A DNA stretch of 64,000 bases, from contig CP179888.1 in assembly GCA_047456305.1 (NCBI GenBank), forward strand, positions 253,307 through 317,306, read 5' to 3'. The position numbers were made by a program, and so were the translations under genes. The DNA comes from Candidatus Nealsonbacteria bacterium (GTDB lineage: Bacteria > Patescibacteriota > Minisyncoccia > Minisyncoccales > CAZKCU01). Below the pieces are notes generated by a model. That model was not told the origin of the DNA, searched no databases, and saw only the letters and a program-made list of their open reading frames with translations. Shown piece after piece: positions 10,010-18,648 of this stretch (position 1 is the stretch's first letter; every line of letters starts with the position of its first letter).

Positions 10010-10387
10010 CTTCAAACCTCCTTTCCAAATAACCTTCATTATTTTTTTAAAAAGCTTCCAGAGATACTTCCCAAAACCAATAATTATTTTACTTAAAATA
10101 ATTATCTTTCGGGAAATCCAATCTAATCTCTGACGAATCCATTTCATCTTCATCTCTTTCATCTCCTATTCCTATTTATTTAATTTTAAATGTTTCTGGG
10201 ATTACCCAGAAGCCAAGGAAATCCTTTTCTTCTTTCCTTGACTTTTACATTATATCATTACTCCAAAATTTTGTCAAATTTTTGTATAAAGAATGATTCT
10301 AAGGTTAGCCATTGAATTTCTCTTGTAGTTTCTTTTTAATTTGTGGTAAAATTAGAAAAGGAGTAAAATAAAAAATAATAAATTACT

Positions 10388-10807
10388 ATGCGGTTTCAAG
10401 TTCCTCAATTTATTGAAAAAGAGGCAAAAATAGTGGGACCTTTAACTTTCAAGCAGTTTCTTTATTTAGGAGCAGCCGGAGTAATTTTGTTTTTCCTTTA
10501 TTTTTATTTAGCAGCAAAAAGTCCTTTATCCTTTGCCTTAATTACCATATTTTTGGTAATCGGGGCTTTGGCTTTTGCTTTTTTAAAAATTGGCGGTCAG
10601 CCTCTTTTAAGTATTTTGCTAAAATTTTTGAATTTTTCTTTTTCTTCAAAAATTTATCTCTGGAAAAAGAAAGCAATTTCTCCAAAGATTATCAAAAAAG
10701 AAGAAAAACTCAAAAAAGAAGAGCCCTCTAAAGAGCCAACCTTAAAAGTTGCCGAAAAAAGCAAACTAAAGAAGTTATCAACTCAAATTGAAATGAGAAT
10801 GAGATAA
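10388..10807 (+). CDS. PrgI/VirB3-like small T4SS membrane protein
   Basis: N-terminus MRFQVPQFIEKEAKIVGPLTFKQFLYLG followed by two TM helices, typical of the PrgI family. Sits immediately upstream of VirB4. Confidence 0.65.
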   Translation: MRFQVPQFIEKEAKIVGPLTFKQFLYLGAAGVILFFLYFYLAAKSPLSFALITIFLVIGALAFAFLKIGGQPLLSILLKFLNFSFSSKIYLWKKKAISPKIIKKEEKLKKEEPSKEPTLKVAEKSKLKKLSTQIEMRMR

Positions 10808-10811
10808 CATT

Positions 10812-11456
10812 ATGGCACAGCCAACAACCCAACAATTTTTAGAAATCGACCAAATCAGGCAGGGTATTCTTATTCTAAAGAATAAAACTTTAAGAGGAGT
10901 TTTGATGGTTTCTTCTCTTAATTTTGCCTTAAAGTCTGAGGACGAACAGAATGCCATTTTGTATCAATTTCAAAGTTTTTTGAATTCTCTGGATTTTTCC
11001 TGCCAAATTGTCGCCCAATCCCGAAAACTTAATATCACAGGTTATCTTGAAAAATTAAAAGAGTTAGAGAAAACTCAAGAAAATGAACTTTTGAAAATGC
11101 AAACTGCTGAATACCACGAGTTTATACAACATTTAGTAGAGACCGGAGCTATTCTGACAAAGAATTTTTTTGTTGTCATTCCTTACACTCTTTTGGAATC
11201 TCAGGGATTTGCTGCTGAAGGAAAGAAATTACTAAAAATGCCCAAAATTCCTACCCTAACCGAGGAGAACTTCCAAAGATATAAAAGCCAACTTTGGCAG
11301 AGAATGGAATTTGTTGCCTTAGGTTTAAGAAGGTGTGGCCTTCAGGCTGTTCCCTTGACCACTCCTGAACTTATTGAACTTTTCTGGAGCTTACACCATC
11401 CTAAAGAAGCTGAGGTCGGTTACTACCCCGAACTTCCCGGAGAATTAGTTATTTAA
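10812..11456 (+). CDS. VirB4 N-terminal-domain-like protein (stand-alone)
   Basis: FLEIDQIRQGILILKNKTLRGVLMVSSLNFALKSEDEQNAILYQFQSFLNSLDF resembles the N-domain pattern of Gram-positive VirB4/TraE. 214 aa with no NTPase motif. Confidence 0.45.
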   Translation: MAQPTTQQFLEIDQIRQGILILKNKTLRGVLMVSSLNFALKSEDEQNAILYQFQSFLNSLDFSCQIVAQSRKLNITGYLEKLKELEKTQENELLKMQTAEYHEFIQHLVETGAILTKNFFVVIPYTLLESQGFAAEGKKLLKMPKIPTLTEENFQRYKSQLWQRMEFVALGLRRCGLQAVPLTTPELIELFWSLHHPKEAEVGYYPELPGELVI

Positions 11457-11459
11457 CTG

Positions 11460-11481
11460 AGCACATAATACTTTATGTGCT
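11460..11481. repeat. AGCACATAA/TTATGTGCT palindrome family, copy 1
   Basis: agcacataa-tact-ttatgtgct lies between the VirB4-N-like gene and virB4. Confidence 0.8.
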
Positions 11482-11498
11482 TCGGTTAAATTTTATTA

Positions 11499-13304
11499 AT
11501 GTTTATGATAAATTTTTTCAAAAAATTTTTAAGAAAGGGGCCAGAGGTCCAAGAGAAGATTTTTGAAGCTGGGGCAATTGGAATCAAAGACATTATTGCT
11601 CCGGCCTCTATTGAAGTAACTCAAAATTATCTCAAACTCGGAGAAAAACTGGCTAAATCTTTTTTTATTTTTTCCTATCCCAGATATCTAAGCACGGCCT
11701 GGTTTTCTCCGGTCATTAATCTGGACACTCCGATGGATATTTCTTTTTTCATCCACCCGGTTGATATGAGCCGGATTTTAAAGCGACTGAGGAAAAAGAT
11801 AACTGAAGTTCAGTCCGAAATTATGGAGAGAGAAGAAAAAGGATTAATTCGCGATCCAGTTTTGGAAATTGCCTACCGAGATTTAGAAGTCTTAAGAGAT
11901 AAGTTTCAGTCTGCCCAAGAAAGAATGTTTAGATTCGGCTTATATCTCACTATTTATGGCGATACCCAAGAAGAGCTGAGAGAGACTGAAACTATTTTGA
12001 GGTCAATTCTGGAAGGGAGATTAGTCTATATAAAACCAGCTCTCTTCCAACAAAGGGAAGGTTTTATTTCTACCTCCCCTTATGGTCTGGATTTGCTGCA
12101 AGTTCATACCCCAATGAATACTGAACCTCTATCCAGCTCCTTTCCCTTTATTTCTTTTGACCTGAGCTCTAATGAAGGAATTTTATACGGAATCAACCAA
12201 CACAACAATTCCCTAATTTTGTTTGATAGATTTTCTTTGGAAAATTACAACGAAGTTTTTTTCGGAGTAGCCGGCTCAGGGAAGTCATATTTGGTAAAAA
12301 TTGAAATTTTGCGTTCTTTGATGACGGGTGTCGATGTCATCGTAATTGACCCGGAAAACGAATACAAATTTTTGTCTGAGGCTGTTGACGGTTCTTTCTT
12401 TAATATTTCCCTGGCCTCAACAGACAGAATCAATCCTTTTGATTTGCCAATCCCAAGAGAGGATGAGAGACCGGCTGATGTCTTAAGATCAAACATTATG
12501 AATTTAGTTGGTTTATTAAGGATTATGTTGGGAGGTTTAAGTCCGGAAGAAGACGCAATTATGGACCGGGCCCTAACTGAAACTTACGCTGCAAAAGATA
12601 TTACCCCGGACTCTGATTTTTCAAAAATTACTCCTCCTTTGATGTCAGATTTAGAGCAGGTTTTAGAAACCATGGAGGGAGCTGAAGGTTTGGTTAGAAG
12701 ATTAAGAAAATTCACCAAAGGAACCTATGCTAACTTCTTTAACAATTATTCAAACATTTCAATGGAAAATAAATTTGTTGTTTTCGGAATCAGAGATATG
12801 GAAGAAGAATTAAGACCAATGGCTATGTTCATAATTATGAGGTATATCTGGAATAAAGTCAGGTCTGAGTTGAAAAAAAGAATTTTAGTTGTTGATGAGG
12901 CCTGGTGGTTAATGCAGACCGAGGATGGGGCTTCTTTCTTATATGGTCTTGTTAAAAGAGCCAGAAAATACTGGTTAGGGGTAACTACTATTACCCAGGA
13001 TGTTTCTGATTTTATGAGGTCTGACTATGGCCAGCCAATTATTAACAATTCCTCTTTGAAACTTTTAATGAAACAGTCTCCGGCAGTGATTGATTCTATT
13101 CAAAAGGTTTTTAACCTAACCGAGGAGGAAAAACTTCGCCTACTCGAGGCAGCAGTTGGAGAGGGAGTCTTTTTTGCTGGCCAAAAGCATGTGGCAATTA
13201 GAGTGGTCGCCTCTTATTCTGAAGATCAATTAATCACCACTGCCCCCGAAGAAATTCTAAGAATAAAAGAAGCCAAAAAAAGATTAGTTGAAGAAAAATT
13301 ATAA
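11499..13304 (+). CDS. virB4: VirB4/TrbE-family T4SS ATPase
   Basis: Walker A GVAGSGKSY, Walker B ILVVDEAWWLM, N-domain IAPASIEVTQNYLKLGEKLAKSFFIFSYPRYL. 601 aa. Confidence 0.85.
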   Translation: MFMINFFKKFLRKGPEVQEKIFEAGAIGIKDIIAPASIEVTQNYLKLGEKLAKSFFIFSYPRYLSTAWFSPVINLDTPMDISFFIHPVDMSRILKRLRKKITEVQSEIMEREEKGLIRDPVLEIAYRDLEVLRDKFQSAQERMFRFGLYLTIYGDTQEELRETETILRSILEGRLVYIKPALFQQREGFISTSPYGLDLLQVHTPMNTEPLSSSFPFISFDLSSNEGILYGINQHNNSLILFDRFSLENYNEVFFGVAGSGKSYLVKIEILRSLMTGVDVIVIDPENEYKFLSEAVDGSFFNISLASTDRINPFDLPIPREDERPADVLRSNIMNLVGLLRIMLGGLSPEEDAIMDRALTETYAAKDITPDSDFSKITPPLMSDLEQVLETMEGAEGLVRRLRKFTKGTYANFFNNYSNISMENKFVVFGIRDMEEELRPMAMFIIMRYIWNKVRSELKKRILVVDEAWWLMQTEDGASFLYGLVKRARKYWLGVTTITQDVSDFMRSDYGQPIINNSSLKLLMKQSPAVIDSIQKVFNLTEEEKLRLLEAAVGEGVFFAGQKHVAIRVVASYSEDQLITTAPEEILRIKEAKKRLVEEKL

Positions 13305-13321
13305 AGAAAATGTAATAAATT

Positions 13322-13762
13322 ATGGATGAATACGAAGTAAATGAGGGAGGAGCTCTGGCAGCTCCTAAAGGAGAGGTTTCGGGAGAAATTGAAGCCTTAG
13401 AGGAAGCAACAAAAAAAGTAGGAGCTCTTTTTAGCCCCGAAGGAATTATAATGCTCTCGATGGCGCTTTTAGTTGATGGCGGTGAGCTTTTGTTCGAGTT
13501 TATTCCCGGAGCTGGACAAATTATTTCAATCGCAATTGATATTTTTGCTGTTCTTTTTTTTGGCTTTTGGATGTGGTTTTTTCGCTCGAAAAGGGCAAAA
13601 ATTACTCCTAAAGCTGCAGTTAGCAGAGCTAAAGTATTACAATGGGGAAAAAGAATGAAATGGCTAAGGCCCTTATGTTTTCTTATTGAATTAATCCCAA
13701 TAGGTAGTAGTTTTCTTCCTTTCTGGATTTTAATAGTTTATCTTGAATTAGTTTATGAATAA
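13322..13762 (+). CDS. Small integral membrane protein (T4SS-locus associated)
   Basis: 146 aa with an acidic N-terminus and 3-4 TM helices. Overlaps the next gene by 8 nt. Confidence 0.55.
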   Translation: MDEYEVNEGGALAAPKGEVSGEIEALEEATKKVGALFSPEGIIMLSMALLVDGGELLFEFIPGAGQIISIAIDIFAVLFFGFWMWFFRSKRAKITPKAAVSRAKVLQWGKRMKWLRPLCFLIELIPIGSSFLPFWILIVYLELVYE

Positions 13763-15314
13763 AAAACAAAAGTTTTTTTTCTTTTTTCTTTTTTTTCTTT
13801 TTTTTATCTTTTGGGCTCATTTTGTTTTGGCAATTGAATTCCGGGCACCGGAAATAAATTATCCTTCTCTTCCTTTCCCTGGGGTTGATTCTCCCCAGGT
13901 TTTTCTTGAAGAAATTAAAGAAGGTAAAATCCCCGGAGAACAGGCTTTTCCTCTCTATGTTAAGTATTTCTATTATCTATTCTTAACGATTGCAGGTTTG
14001 TTGGCTCTTGGGACAATAATTTATGGCGGTTTTCTTTATTTAATTTCAGCTGGCGCCCCGGTTAAAATGATTGCTGCCAGAGAGCAAATTACCGGAGGGA
14101 TTTTAGGGCTGGTTATTCTACTTTCTTCTTATCTAATTTTGGCCACTATCAACCCCCAGCTGACAATCCTTCGGCTTCCCGGCTTAGAAAAAATTACCCT
14201 ACCAGAGATAGAGCTTCCTGAACCTGGTGAAAAAAAACTTCCAACCTATTTCCAGATTCCCCTCGGAATGATTATTGAAAAGACGGTTCTAAACGAAGAA
14301 GCGCAGGAAAAATTAGATTATATCTACCAAACAACAGAAGAGGCAGCAAAAGCGGCAGAAGAGTTATATGAGCTAAGCGAAGAAATATATTCTTTGGTTA
14401 TGAGCGCTGATTGCGGTAATTCAAGATGTCGTGATATCGACTGCTCACCATTTGGATGTACCGGAAAAGACAATCAATCTCAAATAAACACCGTAATAAA
14501 AGAAATACCTCTGGCAATTAAAGATTTAGAAGAAAAAACAAACGAGATATCAATTGCAAAAATCCTTTTAATTAATGACCTTTCTCAATTAGAAGCAGCC
14601 GGGCTTTTAATGAGTTTAGCTTCTGGAGTGTTTGAATATGGTACTCGATTAAATATCGAGTCTTTTCAGGAAATTGAAATTACTTCTTTCCCTGATTGGG
14701 AAGATATTGATATTAAGATGAATGATAAGATAGCTAAAGACCCAGTTACATTTTACTTAGACAAAGAAAGAAATGAACAAGAAATCTATCTCGCCTCAGT
14801 GCTTCGCTTGGCAGGAGACGCTGGTCTTCCGCCTGAGCCTTTGGGAGGTTGGCCAGAACCCCCTCCAGCCGAACCTGGTAAATTACAATGGCCGACTGCA
14901 ACAACAGAAGTAACAAGTGAATTTGGATGGCGCATTCATCCCATATATGGAGTACTAATGTTCCATAACGGTATCGATATTGGGGCGTCCTATGAACCAG
15001 TTTATGCAACTGCTGATGGAACAGTAATTTTTGCAGGGCTGCTTGGTGGATATGGTTATCTTGTAGTTATTAAACACGACGAGCTCGCAACTTTATATGC
15101 TCATTTAAGTAAATACTCTATCTCTGTCAAACGAGGAGATGGAGTGGAAGCTGGCCAACGAATTGCACTAAGCGGCAATACTGGTACAAGTACTGGTCCT
15201 CACCTTCATTTTGAAGTCCGCCATGATCCTTATGATTTAGCTAAGGACTTTTATACATATTCTCTTCTTCGACCTTTAAATCCATTAGGCTATTTGTCAA
15301 AGATAGAATATTAA
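13755..15314 (+). CDS. T4SS-pilin-like (TrbC/VirB2-type) N-domain fused to a Cys-motif linker and a C-terminal M23 metallopeptidase
   Basis: Signal peptide; pilin-like hairpin YVKYFYYLFLTIAGLLALGTIIYGGFLYLISAGAP...GILGLVILLSSYLILATINPQL. M23 motifs HNGIDIG, YAHLS and GNTGTSTGPHLHFEV. Confidence 0.8.
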   Translation: MNKKQKFFFFFLFFLFFIFWAHFVLAIEFRAPEINYPSLPFPGVDSPQVFLEEIKEGKIPGEQAFPLYVKYFYYLFLTIAGLLALGTIIYGGFLYLISAGAPVKMIAAREQITGGILGLVILLSSYLILATINPQLTILRLPGLEKITLPEIELPEPGEKKLPTYFQIPLGMIIEKTVLNEEAQEKLDYIYQTTEEAAKAAEELYELSEEIYSLVMSADCGNSRCRDIDCSPFGCTGKDNQSQINTVIKEIPLAIKDLEEKTNEISIAKILLINDLSQLEAAGLLMSLASGVFEYGTRLNIESFQEIEITSFPDWEDIDIKMNDKIAKDPVTFYLDKERNEQEIYLASVLRLAGDAGLPPEPLGGWPEPPPAEPGKLQWPTATTEVTSEFGWRIHPIYGVLMFHNGIDIGASYEPVYATADGTVIFAGLLGGYGYLVVIKHDELATLYAHLSKYSISVKRGDGVEAGQRIALSGNTGTSTGPHLHFEVRHDPYDLAKDFYTYSLLRPLNPLGYLSKIEY

Positions 15315-15335
15315 TCAAAAGCTGCTAACCAAAAT

Positions 15336-16223
15336 ATGAAAAGATTATTTTTTAAAAAAAACTTAATTTTAAAAACTTTTCTCCTTCTGTTTTTATTTAT
15401 TTCTCTTTTCTTATTTTCGAATTTCTTTTATAATCAAAGTAAGGGAATTTTAGCAGTAGAAGAGACCGAGGAAGTAGAAGAGGCCGAGGAAGAAGAAAAG
15501 GGAAGACTACTCTGCGGAAAGGAAATTCCGGTTGGAGAAGCAATGGAGAAAACCGGGGAATTGTTGGAAGAAATAACAAGGGAACTTGAAAAAATTGAAT
15601 CAAATTCTTATTTTCTCATTAAAACTCAAGAAGACATGGAAGAACTGGCTAAAAATTGCACTATGGAAAACTGTACACCCAAATGTGAAGCTATTACTAT
15701 AAAAGGTGCTACTGTTGCGTGTATTCACAAACCTTGCCAGGGTGACCCTTGCGAAGAAAGAGAAAAAATAGAAAAATTATTTGAGAAAATTACTCGTCTT
15801 AATAAAGAAATTCAGGAAGGTAAAGATAAAATATATAAATTAATTTATAAAAGCGTAGAGCCTCTTTGCATAGAAGGAAATGAAGATATCAGAACTCCTG
15901 GGGAAAAAATTCTATGTGCTACTAATCCAGCTTGTTGGGAATTGACACGGGAAACGCTTCTATCTCTTTTGCCGGAAGATTTCTTAGAAAAAATAGGGCT
16001 CTGCCCAAGCATAACAGTCCAAAAAGCTATAAGCAGAAAATTAAATCTATCAAGGGGTGAATTTGAGAAATGCTATGTGCCGGCAGCTGAGTTAGAAAAG
16101 ATTGGGAAAATATTACTCAATTGCGATACAGTTATGAGCCAAAACCTGCCCCGAGAAACAAAAACAGAAGAAAAAGGAATACCTGTCTGCACCAGTTTGC
16201 ACAATTGGTTTTGTTGCTACTAA
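15336..16223 (+). CDS. Secreted Cys-rich coiled-coil protein
   Basis: N-terminal signal/TM segment, acidic stretch and 18 Cys. The motif NCTMENCTPKCE...CIHKPCQGDPC resembles SADCGNSRCRDIDCSPFGCTG in the middle of the preceding protein. Confidence 0.6.
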   Translation: MKRLFFKKNLILKTFLLLFLFISLFLFSNFFYNQSKGILAVEETEEVEEAEEEEKGRLLCGKEIPVGEAMEKTGELLEEITRELEKIESNSYFLIKTQEDMEELAKNCTMENCTPKCEAITIKGATVACIHKPCQGDPCEEREKIEKLFEKITRLNKEIQEGKDKIYKLIYKSVEPLCIEGNEDIRTPGEKILCATNPACWELTRETLLSLLPEDFLEKIGLCPSITVQKAISRKLNLSRGEFEKCYVPAAELEKIGKILLNCDTVMSQNLPRETKTEEKGIPVCTSLHNWFCCY

Positions 16224-16228
16224 AAAAT

Positions 16229-17332
16229 ATGTCAAATCTTAAAAAAAACGTTTTTGCTCTAATTTTCATCACTTCTTTTGTTTTATTTTTGGGAAGTTCT
16301 CTTTTTATTCAAGCAGCCGAAGAAGAAAGACCACTTGAAATCGAATATCCAGAAATTGGTGAATGGCGGCCAGAAACAGTAGAACAAGCTGTTCTTCCAG
16401 AATACATAAAATATATCTTTAATTTCGCCGTCGCAATTGCCGGCTTAGTTGCTTTTGGGGCCTTAGTTTATGGTGGGTTTCGTTATATAACCTCAGTTGG
16501 CGCGCCAATTGTCCAGACAGAGGCTAAAGACCAAATTTTTGCCGGCATTATAGGGCTTGTTATTTTACTTTCTTCTTATTTAATCTTAACTACTGTTAAT
16601 CCCCAATTAGTAATCTTGACTTTGGAAAAACCTGAATGGCCAGAACTTCCAACTGATTTGCCAGGAGTTTACCTTACTTACCTTATTGACGGAGAGGATG
16701 TAGTAAAATCTTATACTCAAAATGCATCTTCTTTGGATATGCCTAGTGATAGAATGACAGACGTCAAAATAGTCAATCCAATTGATTATGACTATGAAAC
16801 AGAAGAGAAAAAACCGGGAAAATACTACTATGGGGCAATCCTTTTCCCACAGACCGTCTATATAGGAGAACCGCCTGAAATTTGTCGTAGTATAATCCCT
16901 GGGGAAGTGGTAGAAGAGTGGACTTGTCGAATTTCTAAAAAAGCTGCTTCACTGGTTGTCTTTCGAGAAGTTGAAAAAACTGATGGCGAAGTCACACTTT
17001 GTACAGGGACAGAAGGGACAGGAGATTATTGTCACACCTGGGGTTTCACCCGGGATGGGGCGACGGACAACGAGTGGAAGGGATTAGAAAAGCTATCCAA
17101 AAAGGTTTGGTCAATTAAGATTGAAGGAAATTATTTGTTAATTCTTAAGGGTGTGGTCGAAGGTGCGTGGTATACTCGTGATACGGTATACCTCGCACGC
17201 TTTCAAGGCCCGGGTGAATGGCCGGACCTCACAAAATATACAATAAATCAATGTGGTCATCGGTCCTGGAATTTTTGGCATTACTACCAGGACTCTTGTG
17301 CCACCGAGTATATGATTATCCCAACGTATTAA
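16229..17332 (+). CDS. T4SS-pilin-like N-domain protein with a Cys-containing C-terminal beta-rich domain
   Basis: Start moved to ATG 16229 (MSNLKKN...). The N-domain YIKYIFNFAVAIAGLVAFGALVYGGFRYITSVGAP...GIIGLVILLSSYLILTTVNPQL is paralogous to the N-domain of 13755..15314. Confidence 0.75.
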   Translation: MSNLKKNVFALIFITSFVLFLGSSLFIQAAEEERPLEIEYPEIGEWRPETVEQAVLPEYIKYIFNFAVAIAGLVAFGALVYGGFRYITSVGAPIVQTEAKDQIFAGIIGLVILLSSYLILTTVNPQLVILTLEKPEWPELPTDLPGVYLTYLIDGEDVVKSYTQNASSLDMPSDRMTDVKIVNPIDYDYETEEKKPGKYYYGAILFPQTVYIGEPPEICRSIIPGEVVEEWTCRISKKAASLVVFREVEKTDGEVTLCTGTEGTGDYCHTWGFTRDGATDNEWKGLEKLSKKVWSIKIEGNYLLILKGVVEGAWYTRDTVYLARFQGPGEWPDLTKYTINQCGHRSWNFWHYYQDSCATEYMIIPTY

Positions 17333-17358
17333 AAGGCCACGTTCTTTTTGTCATTTAA

Positions 17359-17392
17359 TAAAAAACTACTCTATTTATTCGGGTAGTTTTTT
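17359..17392. terminator. AT-rich hairpin between convergent genes (possible bidirectional terminator)
   Basis: aaaactac-N13-gtagtttttt lies between the pilin-like gene (+) and jag (-). Confidence 0.35.
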
Positions 17393-17425
17393 AAACTAAC
17401 TTTTTATAGAAGTTAAAACTTAAAA

Positions 17426-17887
17426 TTAGGGATATGGTCTCACTACCACTCTTCTTTCTGGTTCTTGACCTATGCTTTCTGTCGTAACATTAGTTCTTGC
17501 CGCTAACTCCAAATGAATAATCCTTCTTTCATAGGCTGGCATTGAAGGAAGCTGTTTTTCTTTTTTTGACAGGGCTACCTCGTCAGCAGCAGCTCTTGCC
17601 ATTTCTTTTAAATAGTCAATTTTTTTCTTTTTATAATCTGAAATATCAAGGTCAATAAAAAAAGGTTCTTCAATTTGTCTTTTTAATATTGCCTTTAAAA
17701 GATGCTGGATTTCAGTTAGGGTCTGACCTCTTTCTCCGATTAAAATCTGAGGCTCTGAAGTCTTTATATTTATGGGAATGGTTTGGTCTTTCTGGGGCAA
17801 AATTTTAATTTCTACTTCAAAAGTCATCTTTTTAAAAAACTCTTCAACAGTTTCTTTAATTTTTTTAAGGCTATTTTGATTAAGCAT
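17426..17887 (-). CDS. jag: Jag/KhpB-type RNA-binding protein (KH + R3H)
   Basis: KH-like ILIGERGQTLTEIQHLLK and R3H-like ERRIIHLELA...TESIGQEPERRVVV. Located downstream of yidC. Confidence 0.85.
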   Translation of the reverse strand: MLNQNSLKKIKETVEEFFKKMTFEVEIKILPQKDQTIPINIKTSEPQILIGERGQTLTEIQHLLKAILKRQIEEPFFIDLDISDYKKKKIDYLKEMARAAADEVALSKKEKQLPSMPAYERRIIHLELAARTNVTTESIGQEPERRVVVRPYP

Positions 17888-18632
17888 GGTGTTTGAAAGT
17901 AATATATTGTTGGACTATTGAGAATAATGCGACCACTAACCAATAAAGGGCGACTGCTGCTGGAAACCGCCAAAGAATAAAAACTGTGAAAATTGGAAAG
18001 AAATAAAGCATCTGTTTTTGCATCATTTGAGAAAAATCGGACGAGCCTTTTTTTACTGATTTTTGCTTTGGCGTTACCATTTTTGTCTGAAAAAATTGAG
18101 CGATTCCAGCTCCAATTATTATCGCTATATTCGGCCAAAGCAAATGAGAAATTCCATTTACTTTAACAACAGCCGATTGAGTAAGATTTGTTATCCCTAA
18201 AAAAGTAGTATCAATCTGCCCGGGGTTGGGAACAAAGCTGTATAAAAAACTAAGCTGGTTTTCCCCAAATCCTCTCCAAAAAAGTCGGTAAAGAGCGATT
18301 AAAATTGGGAGCTGAACAATCAATGGTAAACATCCTGAGAAAGGATTAATCTTTTCTTTCTTATAAAGTTCCATTGTGGCCCTGGCCTGTTTTTCTTTAT
18401 CGTTTTTAAATTTTTCCTGAATTTCCTTTATTTTGGGCTGAAGATTAGAAAGTGCTTTTTGGGATTTAGCTCCTTTGGTTCCTAAAGGATAAAGAATAAT
18501 CTTAATTAAAATTGTTAAAGCAATAACTGCTATCCCAAAATCATGCCCCGGTAAATATTGATAGAGCAAAATCAGGGCATTAAATAAAGGCTGGTATAAT
18601 ATTACGTTAAAGGCGTTAATAAATAAATCCAT
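17880..18632 (-). CDS. yidC: Membrane protein insertase YidC (short, Gram-positive/Oxa1-like form)
   Basis: 250 aa. Motifs LQPKIKEIQEKFKNDKEKQ...ELYKKEKINPFSGCLPLIVQLPI. Sits in the rnpA-yidD-yidC-jag synteny. Confidence 0.9.
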   Translation of the reverse strand: MDLFINAFNVILYQPLFNALILLYQYLPGHDFGIAVIALTILIKIILYPLGTKGAKSQKALSNLQPKIKEIQEKFKNDKEKQARATMELYKKEKINPFSGCLPLIVQLPILIALYRLFWRGFGENQLSFLYSFVPNPGQIDTTFLGITNLTQSAVVKVNGISHLLWPNIAIIIGAGIAQFFQTKMVTPKQKSVKKGSSDFSQMMQKQMLYFFPIFTVFILWRFPAAVALYWLVVALFSIVQQYITFKHHA

Positions 18633-18648
18633 TTTTATTTATGGTTCA

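Noticed and set aside
10010-10162. The N-terminal extension of the SPFH ORF (track start 10162).
   Set aside because: An internal ATG at 10009 is preceded by a near-perfect AAGGAGG at optimal spacing and begins directly with the first TM helix. The extension has no such signal.
16121-16228. The upstream extension of the second pilin-like ORF, overlapping the Cys-rich gene by ~100 nt.
   Set aside because: ATG 16229 gives a typical signal peptide (MSNLKKNVFALIF…) that aligns with the paralog at 13755. The extension is in a different frame of the preceding CDS.
17824-18138. A 104-aa ORF overlapping the yidC and jag coding regions.
   Set aside because: It is an alternative frame of the well-supported yidC gene and has no motifs.
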